Origin: an uncultured Chloroflexia bacterium
GTDB taxonomy: Bacteria > Chloroflexota > Dehalococcoidia > DSTF01 > JALHUB01
Assembly: GCA_963726245.1 (NCBI GenBank)
Contig: CAVSBT010000026.1
Coordinates: 1 to 38,969 of the forward strand
DNA: 38,969 nucleotides
Direction: 5' to 3'
Positions 22,520 to 33,324 of this stretch are shown one piece after another (within the stretch, counting starts at the first letter, position 1; each line of letters starts with the position of its first letter). The position numbers and the translations under genes were made by a program. A model generated the notes under the pieces. It ran no database searches and was not told the origin of the DNA. It worked only from the letters and a program-made list of their open reading frames with translations.

Positions 22520-24962
22520 ATGAGCAACACATACGCTCGGTCCATCTCGTCTTCGATTGCCGCCTTCACCCTTGCCTTGATGGGAGGCGGCCTGAGCTAC
22601 TGGTCGGCCGCCCGCGCGCCTGTCATGCCCGTGTCTCGGCGCCTGGACATCACTATGACCTCGCTGACCGCCCTGTTCGCCGTGTGCTCCGCAATGCTGG
22701 CCGTGGTGGGCATTTGCCACCTACTCGGCATGTGGAGCAGCCGGGCGCCTACCTGGCTCCAGCGGTGCACGAACCTCCTGGAGGGCCTGCCCCTGTGGCT
22801 CCTGGTTCTGCCTGTCGCCTTGTCGGCTTCCTACCTTGCGGCGCGCATCGGCCTGAGTCCGGACGGCAACGCCAACTACTGGCCGGCCTTCTGGCTGTGG
22901 CTCGGCGCCCTGACCCTGCTCCTCGTCTCGTTCGTACCGCGCCGTGGATGGGCCAGGCCACGTCTGGACATGACCAGACCCACGTGGTCCCGCATCCTGC
23001 TGTCCGAAGCCGTTGTCATCGCCCTGGTGGCGGCCGTCAGCCTGACCCTGCGCGCCGTCAAGCTTAATGCGGCTCCGTTCCTCACCAGCGTGGACGAGGA
23101 GGCCATACGACCGGACATCGTCGCGAGTAGTATCAAGAACATGTTCACCACCGGCTGGTGCGAGTGTTCCAGGCACGTATTTCTTCACCGTGGCTGCCGC
23201 GTTCAAAGTGTTTGGCACCGGCGTGGTTGCCGTACGCATGGTGTCTGCCCTGGTGGGCGCGGCGGCGGTGGTAGTAACTTATCTCCTGCTGCGAGAGATG
23301 TTCGGTCGCGGCCAGGGGCTGATCGGCGCCCTGTTCATGGCAGGGTATCATTTCCACCTGCATTTCAGCCGCGCCGGCCTGATCAACGGCTGGGACACGT
23401 TGGCAGCAGCCTCCGCCATGTATTTCGCGTATAGGGCGTCGCGAGACCAGCGGACCTTCGACTTCGCGGTGCTGGGGCTTGTCTGTGGTCTTACCCTCTA
23501 CGCTTACGTCTCGGCCAGTGCCGTTACGCTCATCGTGATCGCCTACCTGATCTACGTCAGTATCTTCCAGAGAGGTTTCCTTCGCGACAACCTCGCAAAG
23601 ATGTCGCTCGCCGCAGTGGCGTTCTGTCTTGCGGCCATGCCTATGGGGGCATATTATCTGACCCATCCGGACGCGTTCACATCGGGACCGACTTCCAGGC
23701 TGCTTTTTCACTCGGCATGGTACGAACAGCAGCTGGAGCTGGGCAGGAGCGTCATATCCATTCTTTGGGATCAGGCCCTTCACGCCTTCGGCGGCTTCGT
23801 CTACTACCCCATGTCTCCTGCTGGCGCAAACCTTTACGATGCGCCACGCCCCCTTATTCCGGGTCTGGCCGCTGTGCCCTTCATAGCCGGCGTCGTGTAC
23901 TCTGTATTCCATATCGAGAAGAAGGAGTATGCTCTCCTCCTGATAGCGCTGGCCGTGCCAACGGTCGCAGGCGGAGCGCTTTCCTATCCACCAATACAAT
24001 GGCAGCGCTTTGTGGGGACCATTCCCGCCATCTCGGGTCTCGTCGCCGTCGGGCTCTGGCAGCTCGCCGACCGCCTGCTCGCGTGGAGGCGGTCGCTCGT
24101 ACCCCTCGTGGCATTCCCGGCGGTGATCTTCCTGGCCGCGCAGAACATCGACCTCTATTTCCAGGCGGCGGTGAATGACGTGAGCTTTGGAGCCCCCATC
24201 CGGTATGTAACAGTCCATTATGTGGACGCTGCCCGAGGACACCCGCGTGTACTGGTTCGGCGCCCCAGACGATTGGGACCAGTTTCGTGGCGCTCTCCCT
24301 CCACGATCGCCAGCTTATTGAGGTGTTCGATCCGCGATCCGAAAGGCGCTACCGCCCGTGGAGCGTCCCTCACCATCCGTCTACTTGTTCATGCCGCACC
24401 GTGAAGCGGAGCTGCCCCTTTTGAGGACGAAATGCCCCGGCGGCGTTGCGAAGAACACTGTCCTTCCAGGGACACGAAGATGCTTGCGGTCTACGAGCTC
24501 CCAGACCCCAACACCTGCATCCCAACGCTGGAGCCGCCGCCCGCAAACGACAAGTTTGCCCACTCTACCGTCGTCGCTTCGCTGCCATTCACCGACACCA
24601 TCAGCACGAAGGCGGCCACCCTGGACCCCGGTGAGCCGCAGCCCGGCTCCACCCGAACCCGGCAACCCGACGCCATGCGGCGGCGTACCCAACACAGCCT
24701 GGTACTCGTTCACGCCGAGCGCAGACATGCGGGTAGTCGCACAAACCACAGGAAGTGCGGCCGACTACGCTGGTGGCAGTCTACGAGGGGAAGCAGCCTG
24801 GGTTCGCTGACTCCCGTTGCCTGCAGCGCCCATCTCCCCGAACGAGACGGCTCGGGTCGAATTCACAGCGCGTCAGGGGTGCCCTACCACTTCCAGGTAG
24901 CGGCGCTGTCCTTCTCCGTTGGGACCGTCACCTTCAGCCTGGCCCAGTCACCATCTCCATGA
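22520..24962 (+). CDS. GT-C glycosyltransferase D with a C-terminal PANDxF/PPC-like beta domain (several frameshifts)
   Basis: Joins 22508..23434 (TSVDEEA), 23067..24404 (FHLHFSRAGL, TM helices) and 24358/24432..24962 (PPANDKFAHS...AWYSFTP...VPYHFQV). Confidence 0.75.
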
Positions 24963-25016
24963 CCATCGCCGGAACTGAATGCGGAGAACCCTGCGAGGAG
25001 CGATGGGGCGAGGGGG

Positions 25017-26102
25017 TCAGGGCACGCACACCTGGCTGAAGTCGCCCAGGACCAGCCGGTAGCTACGGGGGAGGCGGTTGCTGCCGTAGACGGCTACGTT
25101 GCGACCGATGAGGCTGTCCTCGATGCGCTGGCCCATGTTCTCGATGACCGTGTTCTCGAGGATGATGCAGTTGGCCACCTCGCTGTCCCGGATGACGGAG
25201 TGGTGGTAGATGGAGGTGAAGGACCCGACGAAGGAATCGACGATCTCCGTCTCTTCGCCGATGATGGTGGGACCGCGGATAACGCTGTTGACGATGCGGC
25301 AGCCCTTCTCCAGCACGACGACGCCATGAAGCTTGCTGCTCTCGTCCACGCACCCGTCGATGCGACTCTCGAGGGTCTCCAGGATGAGACGGTTAGCCTC
25401 CAGGATGTCCTCCATCTTGCCGGTGTCGATCCACTGCTCGCCCACCAGCCGGTGGCGTACGTCGTACCCTTTGTCGATGAGGTACTGGATGGTGTCGGTG
25501 ATCTCCAGCTCGCCGCGGGCGGAGGGCTTGATGGTGTTGACCGCCTCGAAGACCTGCCGGTCGAACATGTATATGCCGATGACCGCCAGGTCGCTGGGAG
25601 GCCGCTTCGGCTTCTCCACCACGCCCGCCACCCGGCCATCCACCAGACGCGCCACGCCGAAGTCCTGGGGGTTGGGTACCTGGCGCAGCATTATGAGGCA
25701 TTGAGGGGACGAGCGCCGGAACTCCTCTACGAAGGGAACGATACCGCCGCGCAGGAAGTTGTCGCCCAGGTAGAGGACAAAGGGGTCGCTCTCCAGGAAG
25801 CTCTCGCTAATCTTCACGGCCTGCGCGATGCCCAGGGGCGCCGGCTGATCGATATAGGTGATCTCCAGGCCAAAGCGCCTGCCGTCGCCGACGGCCGCCA
25901 TCACCTGCTCCCGCGTGTCGCCGACGACGATGCCGACGCGGTGGACGCCGGCTTCGGCCAGGCTCTCCAGGGCGTAGAAGAGGATAGGCTTGTTGGCGAT
26001 GGGCATCAGTTGCTTGGCGCCCGTGTAGGTGAATGGACGGAGGCGGGAGCCCTTACCCCCGCTGAGGATGAGACCCTTCAGCTCGCGGTGGCTCTTGGTC
26101 AT
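25017..26102 (-). CDS. rfbA: Glucose-1-phosphate thymidylyltransferase, long form
   Basis: GLILSGGKGSRLRPFTYTGAKQL, LYLGDN, VEKP, PSARGELEITD, WIDTG, and a C-terminal left-handed beta-helix. Confidence 0.93.
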   Translation of the reverse strand: MTKSHRELKGLILSGGKGSRLRPFTYTGAKQLMPIANKPILFYALESLAEAGVHRVGIVVGDTREQVMAAVGDGRRFGLEITYIDQPAPLGIAQAVKISESFLESDPFVLYLGDNFLRGGIVPFVEEFRRSSPQCLIMLRQVPNPQDFGVARLVDGRVAGVVEKPKRPPSDLAVIGIYMFDRQVFEAVNTIKPSARGELEITDTIQYLIDKGYDVRHRLVGEQWIDTGKMEDILEANRLILETLESRIDGCVDESSKLHGVVVLEKGCRIVNSVIRGPTIIGEETEIVDSFVGSFTSIYHHSVIRDSEVANCIILENTVIENMGQRIEDSLIGRNVAVYGSNRLPRSYRLVLGDFSQVCVP

Positions 26103-26254
26103 AGCTGGTCGTTCGGAGGCAGCATATCACAGGCAGCCGCTCGCGACCACCGCGGGCATACCCTAACGCTTGAGATGCTGGGCGGACCCGAAGTAGGAGT
26201 TAAACGTCCGGCGGGCTATAATGGCGACGGCTTGCGCAGACGAGCGTACGGCTG

Positions 26255-29200
26255 ATGGAAGAAACACAACCGCTGGGCTTGCCTAGCTGGGCCGGAGGCC
26301 TGGTCGCGGCGGCGCGCCGCGGCCTGAGCCTGGTTCAGAAGCGGCTCTCTCCCCGCGCTCTGACCGGCCTGACCCTGGCGGGGATCCTGATAGCCGCCCT
26401 CGTTTTGCGACTGGTCAACGTCAACTGGGACGATGGAACTCACCTCCACCCGGACGAGCGCCACATCACTTCCGTCTCCGCCGGCCTGCGGGTGCCTTCG
26501 AGCCTCAGCCAGTACTTCGATACCAGCTCCTCGCCGCTGAACCCCTACAATCGCGATTCGCCCAGCTTTGTCTACGGCACGCTGCCCATCTTCCTCAACA
26601 AGGTCGTCTCAGAGAGCCTGGACTGGTCCTCCTCCCAGCCTGTCCTCGACAAGATCGTCCCGCCGGGAAGCGTCGACAAGGTGTCGTATGATCAGACGCA
26701 CCTGGTGGGCCGCGGCCTGGCCGCCTTCTTCGACGCCGGCACGGTGCTGCTCATCTTTCTCATCGGCCGGCGGCTCTACGGAAAGCGGGTAGGGCTTCTG
26801 GCAGCCCTCCTGCTGGCCACGGCCGCCTTCCCCATCCAGCAAGGGCACTTCTTCGTCGTCGATCCCTTCCTCGCCTTCTTCACCACGCTCACCCTCTACT
26901 ACTGCGTGCGCATAGCCCAGCAGGGAGGCGGCTGGAACTACGCCCTGGCAGGGCTGGCCCTGGGCTTCGCCACGGCCTCGAAGGTGACGGGTGTCGCGAT
27001 GGCCCCCATCATCTGCCTGGCCGTTCTGATCCGCCACTGGCCGACAGTGGTCCAACTGGGACGCCGCTTCTACCTCCTGCCCGTCTCCAGCGAGCGCCCT
27101 GAGGATAAGAGCTGGAGCGAGGCGCTAAGGCTCCTGATACCGCCGGCCCTTGGCCTACTGCTGGCCTTCTTTGTCGCCTTCTCCGCCTTCCGGGTCGCCC
27201 AGCCCTACGCCTTCAACGCGCCGGGGTGGTCAGACCTGAAGTTCTGGTCCATACGTTTGAACCCGCAATGGGTGGCCGACCAGCGCAACCAGAACAACCT
27301 GCTGAGCGGCGACGGTATGTTCCCGCCTTCGGTGCAGTGGATTGGCCGCATGCCCTACCTGTTCCCCTTGCAGAACATGGTGCTCTGGGGCATGGGCCCG
27401 GCGCTGGGCTTGGCGGCCTGCGCCGGCTTCCTCTACGTGCTCTGGCGGACCGTGTTTCGACGCGAGGCGTTTCACCTGCTGCCGGTTTTCTGGGTAACCA
27501 TCTATTTCCTGTTCATGGGACGCCAGTTCTCCCTGTACATGCGCTACTTCTTGCCGCTCTACGCACCCCTGGCCCTCTTCGCCGCCTATCTGCTGCTCGA
27601 CGTGTGGAGAGCAGCCCAAGCGGGGAGCTTCGGCCGGCTGACCGCCCTCTGGCCCAGGATCAGGCCCGGCCTGTCGCGGGCGGCCAAGACGGCTGTCGTC
27701 GCCGTGGTCGTCCTCACCGTCCTCTGGGGTTTAGCCTACGCCAACATCTACCGCCGACCGGTGAGCCGCATCGAGGCCAGCCGCTGGATCAACGAGAACG
27801 TTCCCGCTGGCTCCGTCTTCGCCGCCGAGGAATGGGACGACCCTGTGCCACTGGGTCTGCCCGGCGGCAACAGCTACCAGATCGTGAACCTCAACGTCGT
27901 GGAGGATGACAGCCTCCAGAAGCTGGCCCGCTTCGCCGACTTCCTGGACCAGGTCGACTACATCTCGATAAGCAGCAACCGCGCCTACGGCTCCCTGACC
28001 CGCGTGCCCGCCAGGTACCCGATGATGGTCCGCTACTATGATGCCCTCTTCGCTGGAGACCTGGGCTTTCGCAAAATCGCCACCTTCACGTCTTACCCGG
28101 GATTCTTCGGCATCGGCATCCCGGACACCTCAGCGGAGGAGTCCTTCACCGTCTACGACCACCCCAAGGTGATGATCTTCCAGAAGACAGAGGACTACTC
28201 CCGCGACCATCTGGTCTCGGTACTCACGAATGGTCCCATCGACACCGTCTCGGGGCTGACGCCGGCCGATGCGGGCCAAAATGCCCTCCTGCTGCGGCCC
28301 AACGACCTGGAGAAGCAGATCTCCGGCGGCACCTGGACCAGCCTCTTCGACCCCGATAGCCTGACCAACCGGTTCCCACTGGTAACCTGGCTCCTGGTGG
28401 TGGAGTTGGCGGCCCTGTCTCTCGTGCCCCTTGCCGCCGTCCTGTTCCGCCGCCTTCCCGACGGCGGCTACCTGCTGACGAAACCCCTGGGGATCCTGGC
28501 CCTGGCCTATCCCGTCTGGCTGGGCACCAGCCTCAAGGTCTTCGACTTCACACGGGGCTCGTCACTGGCTGTCCTTGTGCTGCTGGTAGTGGTTGGCGGC
28601 CTGGCAGCCTACCGGATGCGCGACAGCCTGCGCGAGTACTTCCGAGAGCACCGGCGGCTGATCCTCTTCAGCGAGGCGCTGTTCCTCGTCGCTCTCCTAG
28701 CCTTCTACTTCATCCGTCTGAACAACCCCGACCTCTGGCACGCCGCTCGCGGCGGCGAGAAGCCGATGGACTTCGCCTACCTTAACGCCATTACCCGCAG
28801 CAGCACTCTCCCTCCCTACGATCCCTGGTTCAGCGGCGGCTACATCAACTACTACTACTTCGGCCACTTCATGACGGCAAACCTGCTTGAAGCTCACGGG
28901 CATCCTGCCGGAGGTGGGCTACAACCTGGCGGTGCCCCTCTTCTTCGCTGTCGCCGTGGCGGCGGCCTTCTCGGTCGGGTACAACCTGGCAGAGGCGGCG
29001 CGGAGGCTCGTCAGATGGCGACCGGGCCGGCTCCCGATTCCGCCCTGGACGGCGGTGCTGGCGGGGCTCCTGGCGGCGTTCCTGGTGACGCTGGCGGGCA
29101 ACCTCAAGGGCGCCGGCCTCATGGCCGACCAGTTGTCGGCGGTCAGCCCCTGGCATATCGGAGTGCCCGTTCTGAATCCCGTGCTGACCATCGTCGGCGG

Positions 29201-31082
29201 CGGCGCGAAGGTCCTCTTCCGAGCCGCCGATCTGCCCCGCTACGACTACTGGGGGCCCAGCCGCGCCATCGACACCCACCCGGGGAACAACGCCATCACC
29301 GAGTTCCCCTTCTTCACCTTCCTCTTCGCGGACCTGCACGCCCACCTGATGTCTATCCCCTTCACGATCCTCTCCCTGGGCGTCGGCCTGGCCCTGGTCT
29401 TGAACGCCAGGTCCGGAAAGTCGGAAGGAGGCGGGTCGTCCACTTCGCGCACCGGGCTGTACACGACGCTGGGGCTGGTCGCTCTGTTGGCGTTGGTGGT
29501 GGGTGCCCTGCGCTGGATAAACTCCTGGGACTATCCCACCTTCCTAATCATGGCTTTGGTCGCCGTATTCATCGCCGAGCGGGCACGCAGAGGCCGCGTT
29601 GACATGGCGATGCTCCGGCGCACCATCCTCCTGGGCGCCTTGCTGACGCTGCTCAGTTGGCTCTTCTTCCAGCCCTTCAGCCACAACTACGCCCTGCCCG
29701 CCACCGGCTTCCAGGGCATGCCTGACCCCAGCGAGTTGCCGCGCACGCCCTTCAACCAGTACCTATCGCACTTTGGGGTGTTCATCTTCCTGGCCGGCTC
29801 TCTGCTGACGTTCCTGGCCTATCGAGCCGTGCGGCGGCGAGGACCCAAGCCGTCCTTCATAGCGCTGGTGGCGACGGGCGTGGGCGTCTTCGTGCTGGCA
29901 ACGGCGGTGGTTGGCTTCGCCGGGCCGGTTTCCGAGCTGATACCCGGCATCTCCATCACCGATCTCTCCGCCGGCAACTTCCTGACCGAGATCTTCACCA
30001 ATACCATCCCTGTGGCCGCCTTCTCGTTCTTCGCCCTGGCGGTAGTGGCCCTCCTGGCCTGGGAGGAGTCCCGCAGCCACCGGCCGGACAGCTTCCTCCG
30101 ACTGCTTGTGATGGGCATGATCGCCATGGCCCTGCTCCTGAGCGCCGGCGTCGAGATCGCCGTCCTCAACCCCGACATCGGCCGCCAGAACACCGTCTTC
30201 AAGTTCTACCTCCAGATCTGGATCCTGCTGGCCCTGGCCTCGTCCTTTGCCGTGTGGTACCTGGCGGCGGCCCTGGCGCCCCGGTGGGTGGCGCCCCGTT
30301 GGGACTCGCTCCGCCAGCGCCTCCGGGCGGTGCGACGTGAGCCTCCGGACGGCGCGCCGGCACCCCGCTGGGACTCGCTCCGCAAACAGCTCCAGGCCCT
30401 CGAACGTAGGCGTTCCGCCAGTGTGGTGCGAGCGGCCTTCGCCGCCGGCGTAGTGCTGATGCTCCTGGCGGCCCTCGTCTACCCGATCCAGGCCACCCGT
30501 TGGCGCGTGCGGATGGACGACCGGTTCCCGGACCCGAACGCGCAAGGAGCGGCTCAGGTCGCGGCCGGCGGATTCACGAACAACGGCATGGACTTCATGC
30601 AGAAGGCCGTCTACCAGGACGACAAGGGGACGATCGATCTGAAGTACGACTACGACGCCATCATGTGGATGCGCAACGAGGTGGTGGGCTCACCCACGAT
30701 CATTGAGGGCCAAATGCCTCTGTACCGTTGGGGCTCCCGCTTCTCGATCTACACGGGACTACCGACGGTCCTGGGATGGGACTGGCACCAGACGCAGCAG
30801 CGCGGGCAGTTCGCCAACCTGGTGCAGGAGCGGCTGCAAGACATCAACTCTTTCTACTCCACACCGAATGCAAGCACAGCGGAGGCCATCCTCCAGAAGT
30901 ACGGCGTGAGCTACGTCATCGTCGGACAGGTAGAGCGCTACTACTACCCCGCCGAGGGCATCGCCAAGTTCGAGTCCATGGCGGGGAGCTCTCTGGAGCC
31001 CGTCTACGCCAACGCCCAGACGGTCATCTACCACGTAGCGGGCACTCCGGGCTCCCCTCGCCTGGCCCTCGCCGGCCCCTAG
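26255..31082 (+). CDS. Large GT-C/PMT + DUF2298 (Chlor_Arch_YYY) membrane protein (one frameshift near 28888)
   Basis: N-terminal HLHPDERHI and FVYGTLP; GGEKPMDFAYLNA...PPYDPWFSGGYINYYYFG; the second frame has ITEFPFFTFLFADLHAH, NSWDYPT, NTVFKFYLQIW, TGLPTVLGWDWHQ. Confidence 0.9.
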
Positions 31083-31154
31083 CCGTCGGGCGGCTGGCGT
31101 GCGGGCCTGATTCGCCAAGTGGAAGACAAATGGCGCAGGAGTTAACATAGGTCC

Positions 31155-31814
31155 GTGGATGAGTCAAAAGGCCCACCAAAGCCGGCGGAGTTGATCGCGC
31201 GCTTGCGGCAACCGCGAACGCAGCTTGCGCTTCTTGCTGGGCTCCTGGGCGCAGTCGTGCTCTTCATCCTCCTCACCGACGTAGCCACTGGCGGCGACAC
31301 AAAGCCGCCGCCCGCTCTCGGCTTCAGCATCCAGGGGACGCCCGGCGCTCGACAAGTCATCGTCCCCACGCTCGCCCCCCTCGATACGCCGACGCCGGCC
31401 GCCGGACCCACGGCCACACCCTCGAGCCAGACTGACGCCCTGGCCCGCGATGCCGAGCGCCTCCAGGACCTGGCTCTGATCGAAGCGGCTCTGGCGAAGT
31501 ATCGCGACCGCTTTGGTGAATATCCAAGCACGGGCGGCAACACACAGACCATGTGCGCCTACAAGGACCTGGACAAGGGCTGCGACCTGAAGAAGGTGCT
31601 GGACAAGAACCAGGAGGGAATCCTGGAAGACCCCCTCGGCGAACCCGTGGGCAACGGCTACTGGTACTCCTCGGACGGGAAGAGCTACTACACCATATGG
31701 ATGCTCCGCGAAGGTCCCGGCAACCCTGGCGACCCAGTCTGCCCAAAGGCGACCCCTCACCTGGAGAATAAGGGCGCCCTCTTCTGCGTCACCGAGGGCA
31801 GCGCCCCTCAGTAG
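31155..31814 (+). CDS. Membrane-anchored protein with a Pro/Thr linker and GspG/type IV pilin-head-like domain
   Basis: One TM helix, PTPAAGPTATP linker, then ARDAERLQDLALIEAALAKYRDRFGEYP...EDP...GYWYSSDG with four Cys; paralogous to the C-terminus of 15505..17724. Confidence 0.75.
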   Translation: MDESKGPPKPAELIARLRQPRTQLALLAGLLGAVVLFILLTDVATGGDTKPPPALGFSIQGTPGARQVIVPTLAPLDTPTPAAGPTATPSSQTDALARDAERLQDLALIEAALAKYRDRFGEYPSTGGNTQTMCAYKDLDKGCDLKKVLDKNQEGILEDPLGEPVGNGYWYSSDGKSYYTIWMLREGPGNPGDPVCPKATPHLENKGALFCVTEGSAPQ

Positions 31815-31961
31815 CTGTGCTCTGCGCTCTTCGCCTTGAACCAGTCGCAACTATCGCCTGAGGGCGAGGCGCCTGGTATAATCCGCTGGGCCGGATCGAT
31901 GGCGGGAGGTTCGCGCCTCTTCCCACAGGTCCTTCACGCCAAGTCTCGGAAAGGAGCGCCT

Positions 31962-32060
31962 ATGTCCTCAGTCGTCAAGAAGAGGCGCAAGAAGATCCGC
32001 AAGCACAAGTACGACAAGATGCGGAAGAAGACGCGCTGGCAACGCATGCACAAGAAGTAG
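31962..32060 (+). CDS. Small basic bS22/AURKAIP1-COX24 (DUF1713) ribosomal-type protein, 32 aa
   Basis: MSSVVKKRRKKIRKHKYDKMRKKTRWQRMHKK, preceded by an AAGGAG Shine-Dalgarno. Confidence 0.88.
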   Translation: MSSVVKKRRKKIRKHKYDKMRKKTRWQRMHKK

Positions 32061-32226
32061 GCAGCCTGTCGATCTGCTCCCGCCACACCGTGGCAGGATG
32101 CCATGAACCGCGTCACCCACCTCATCGGCACTGACATCGAAGAGCTACGCCTCGGGCGGAGACCTCCCTATCTCGCCGCCCGCTCCGTGCAACACAGGGA
32201 GCTGCACAGGCTCCCAGCGTGACGCC

Positions 32227-32725
32227 ATGCCCGTCGAACTGCGTCTGCAGCCGGAGCAGGCCAGGCTCGTCTTCCTGGCCATCGCCTATCACCTGGCGCG
32301 GCCGGGCTCGGAGCTCGATCCGCACACGAAGGCGCCGGTGGAGCACGGCCTGGCCGAGGTGAGCAGCGCCCTCCAGCCCCAGCTTCGAGAGGCTGTCGCG
32401 AGCATCACCCTCAGCGCCTTCCAGCTCGAGCGGCTCGGCTCCGGAATCCTGGGCGTCATCAACGAGCTGAAGGTCTACCCCATGCTGGAGCCGCGCCCGC
32501 CGGAAGAGGGCGGCGGCCGGCGTAGCAGCGTCCCCGGCTTCGACCGGACGCTGCGCCACCTCTTCCCGGAGGTGGAGGAGGACCCGGACGCCGCCACGGC
32601 GCTGATCGAGCCCCTCATGGCGCTGAAGCGCCGCCTGGACGGCGCCCTGCGCCAGGCGGCGGAGGAGGAACAGCCGGCAGGCCCCGCCGCGGCGCTGGTG
32701 GCAGGTGTGGCGGCGGGGGCGATAG
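32227..32725 (+). CDS. Hypothetical protein (frameshift near 32685)
   Basis: Strong GC3 codon bias. An alternate frame gives a natural RRWWQVWRRGR-stop terminus at 32723-32725. Confidence 0.65.
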
Positions 32726-32799
32726 GGCCGAACCCAGCGCCGAGTCTCAACACCCGCCCCTCAGCTCCCCCCTCAGCGTGGTACACTAGCCCCGCGCCC

Positions 32800-33324
32800 A
32801 TGCCGAGCCTGCACCTGCTGATATCCCGCCGCCGCATCCAGGGGCGCGTACGCGCCCTGGCGGCCCGCCTCAGCCGCGACTACCGCGGCCGGTCGCCCCT
32901 CTACCTTGGCGTCCTCAAGGGCGCCTACATCTTCCTCGCCGACCTCACCCGCCGCCTCGAGGAGCCGCCCGAGGTCGACTTCCTCCAGCTCTCCACCTAC
33001 GGGCTGCGGGGCACGGCCGGCGGCCGCGTGCGCATCTCCCTCCACCCCAGCGCCGACCTCGCGGGCCGGCACGTCGTCGTCGTGGAGGACATCATCGATA
33101 GCGGCCGGACGCTGCGCTATCTGCTAGACTATGTAGACCGGCGAAAGCCGGCCAGCCTGCGCGTCTGCGCCCTCCTGGCCCGCCAGAGCGTCCTCGACGA
33201 GCTGCCCAGGCCTATCGACTACCTGGGCCTCACCGTCGGCGACGGCTGGCTGGTGGGATACGGGCTGGACCGGGGCGAGCAGTACCGCACGCTGCCCGAC
33301 GTCTACGTCATCGAGGGGGAGTGA
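32800..33324 (+). CDS. hpt: Hypoxanthine phosphoribosyltransferase
   Basis: GVLKGAYIFLADL, VVVVEDIIDSGRTL, WLVGYGLD, YRTLP. Its TGA overlaps the ade ATG. Confidence 0.92.
   Translation: MPSLHLLISRRRIQGRVRALAARLSRDYRGRSPLYLGVLKGAYIFLADLTRRLEEPPEVDFLQLSTYGLRGTAGGRVRISLHPSADLAGRHVVVVEDIIDSGRTLRYLLDYVDRRKPASLRVCALLARQSVLDELPRPIDYLGLTVGDGWLVGYGLDRGEQYRTLPDVYVIEGE

Noticed and set aside
32227-33324. Apparent 365-aa hypothetical-HPRT fusion
   Set aside because: An alternate frame gives a natural stop at 32725, and a -10-like box plus ATG precede hpt at 32800, so the fusion is probably an indel artefact.
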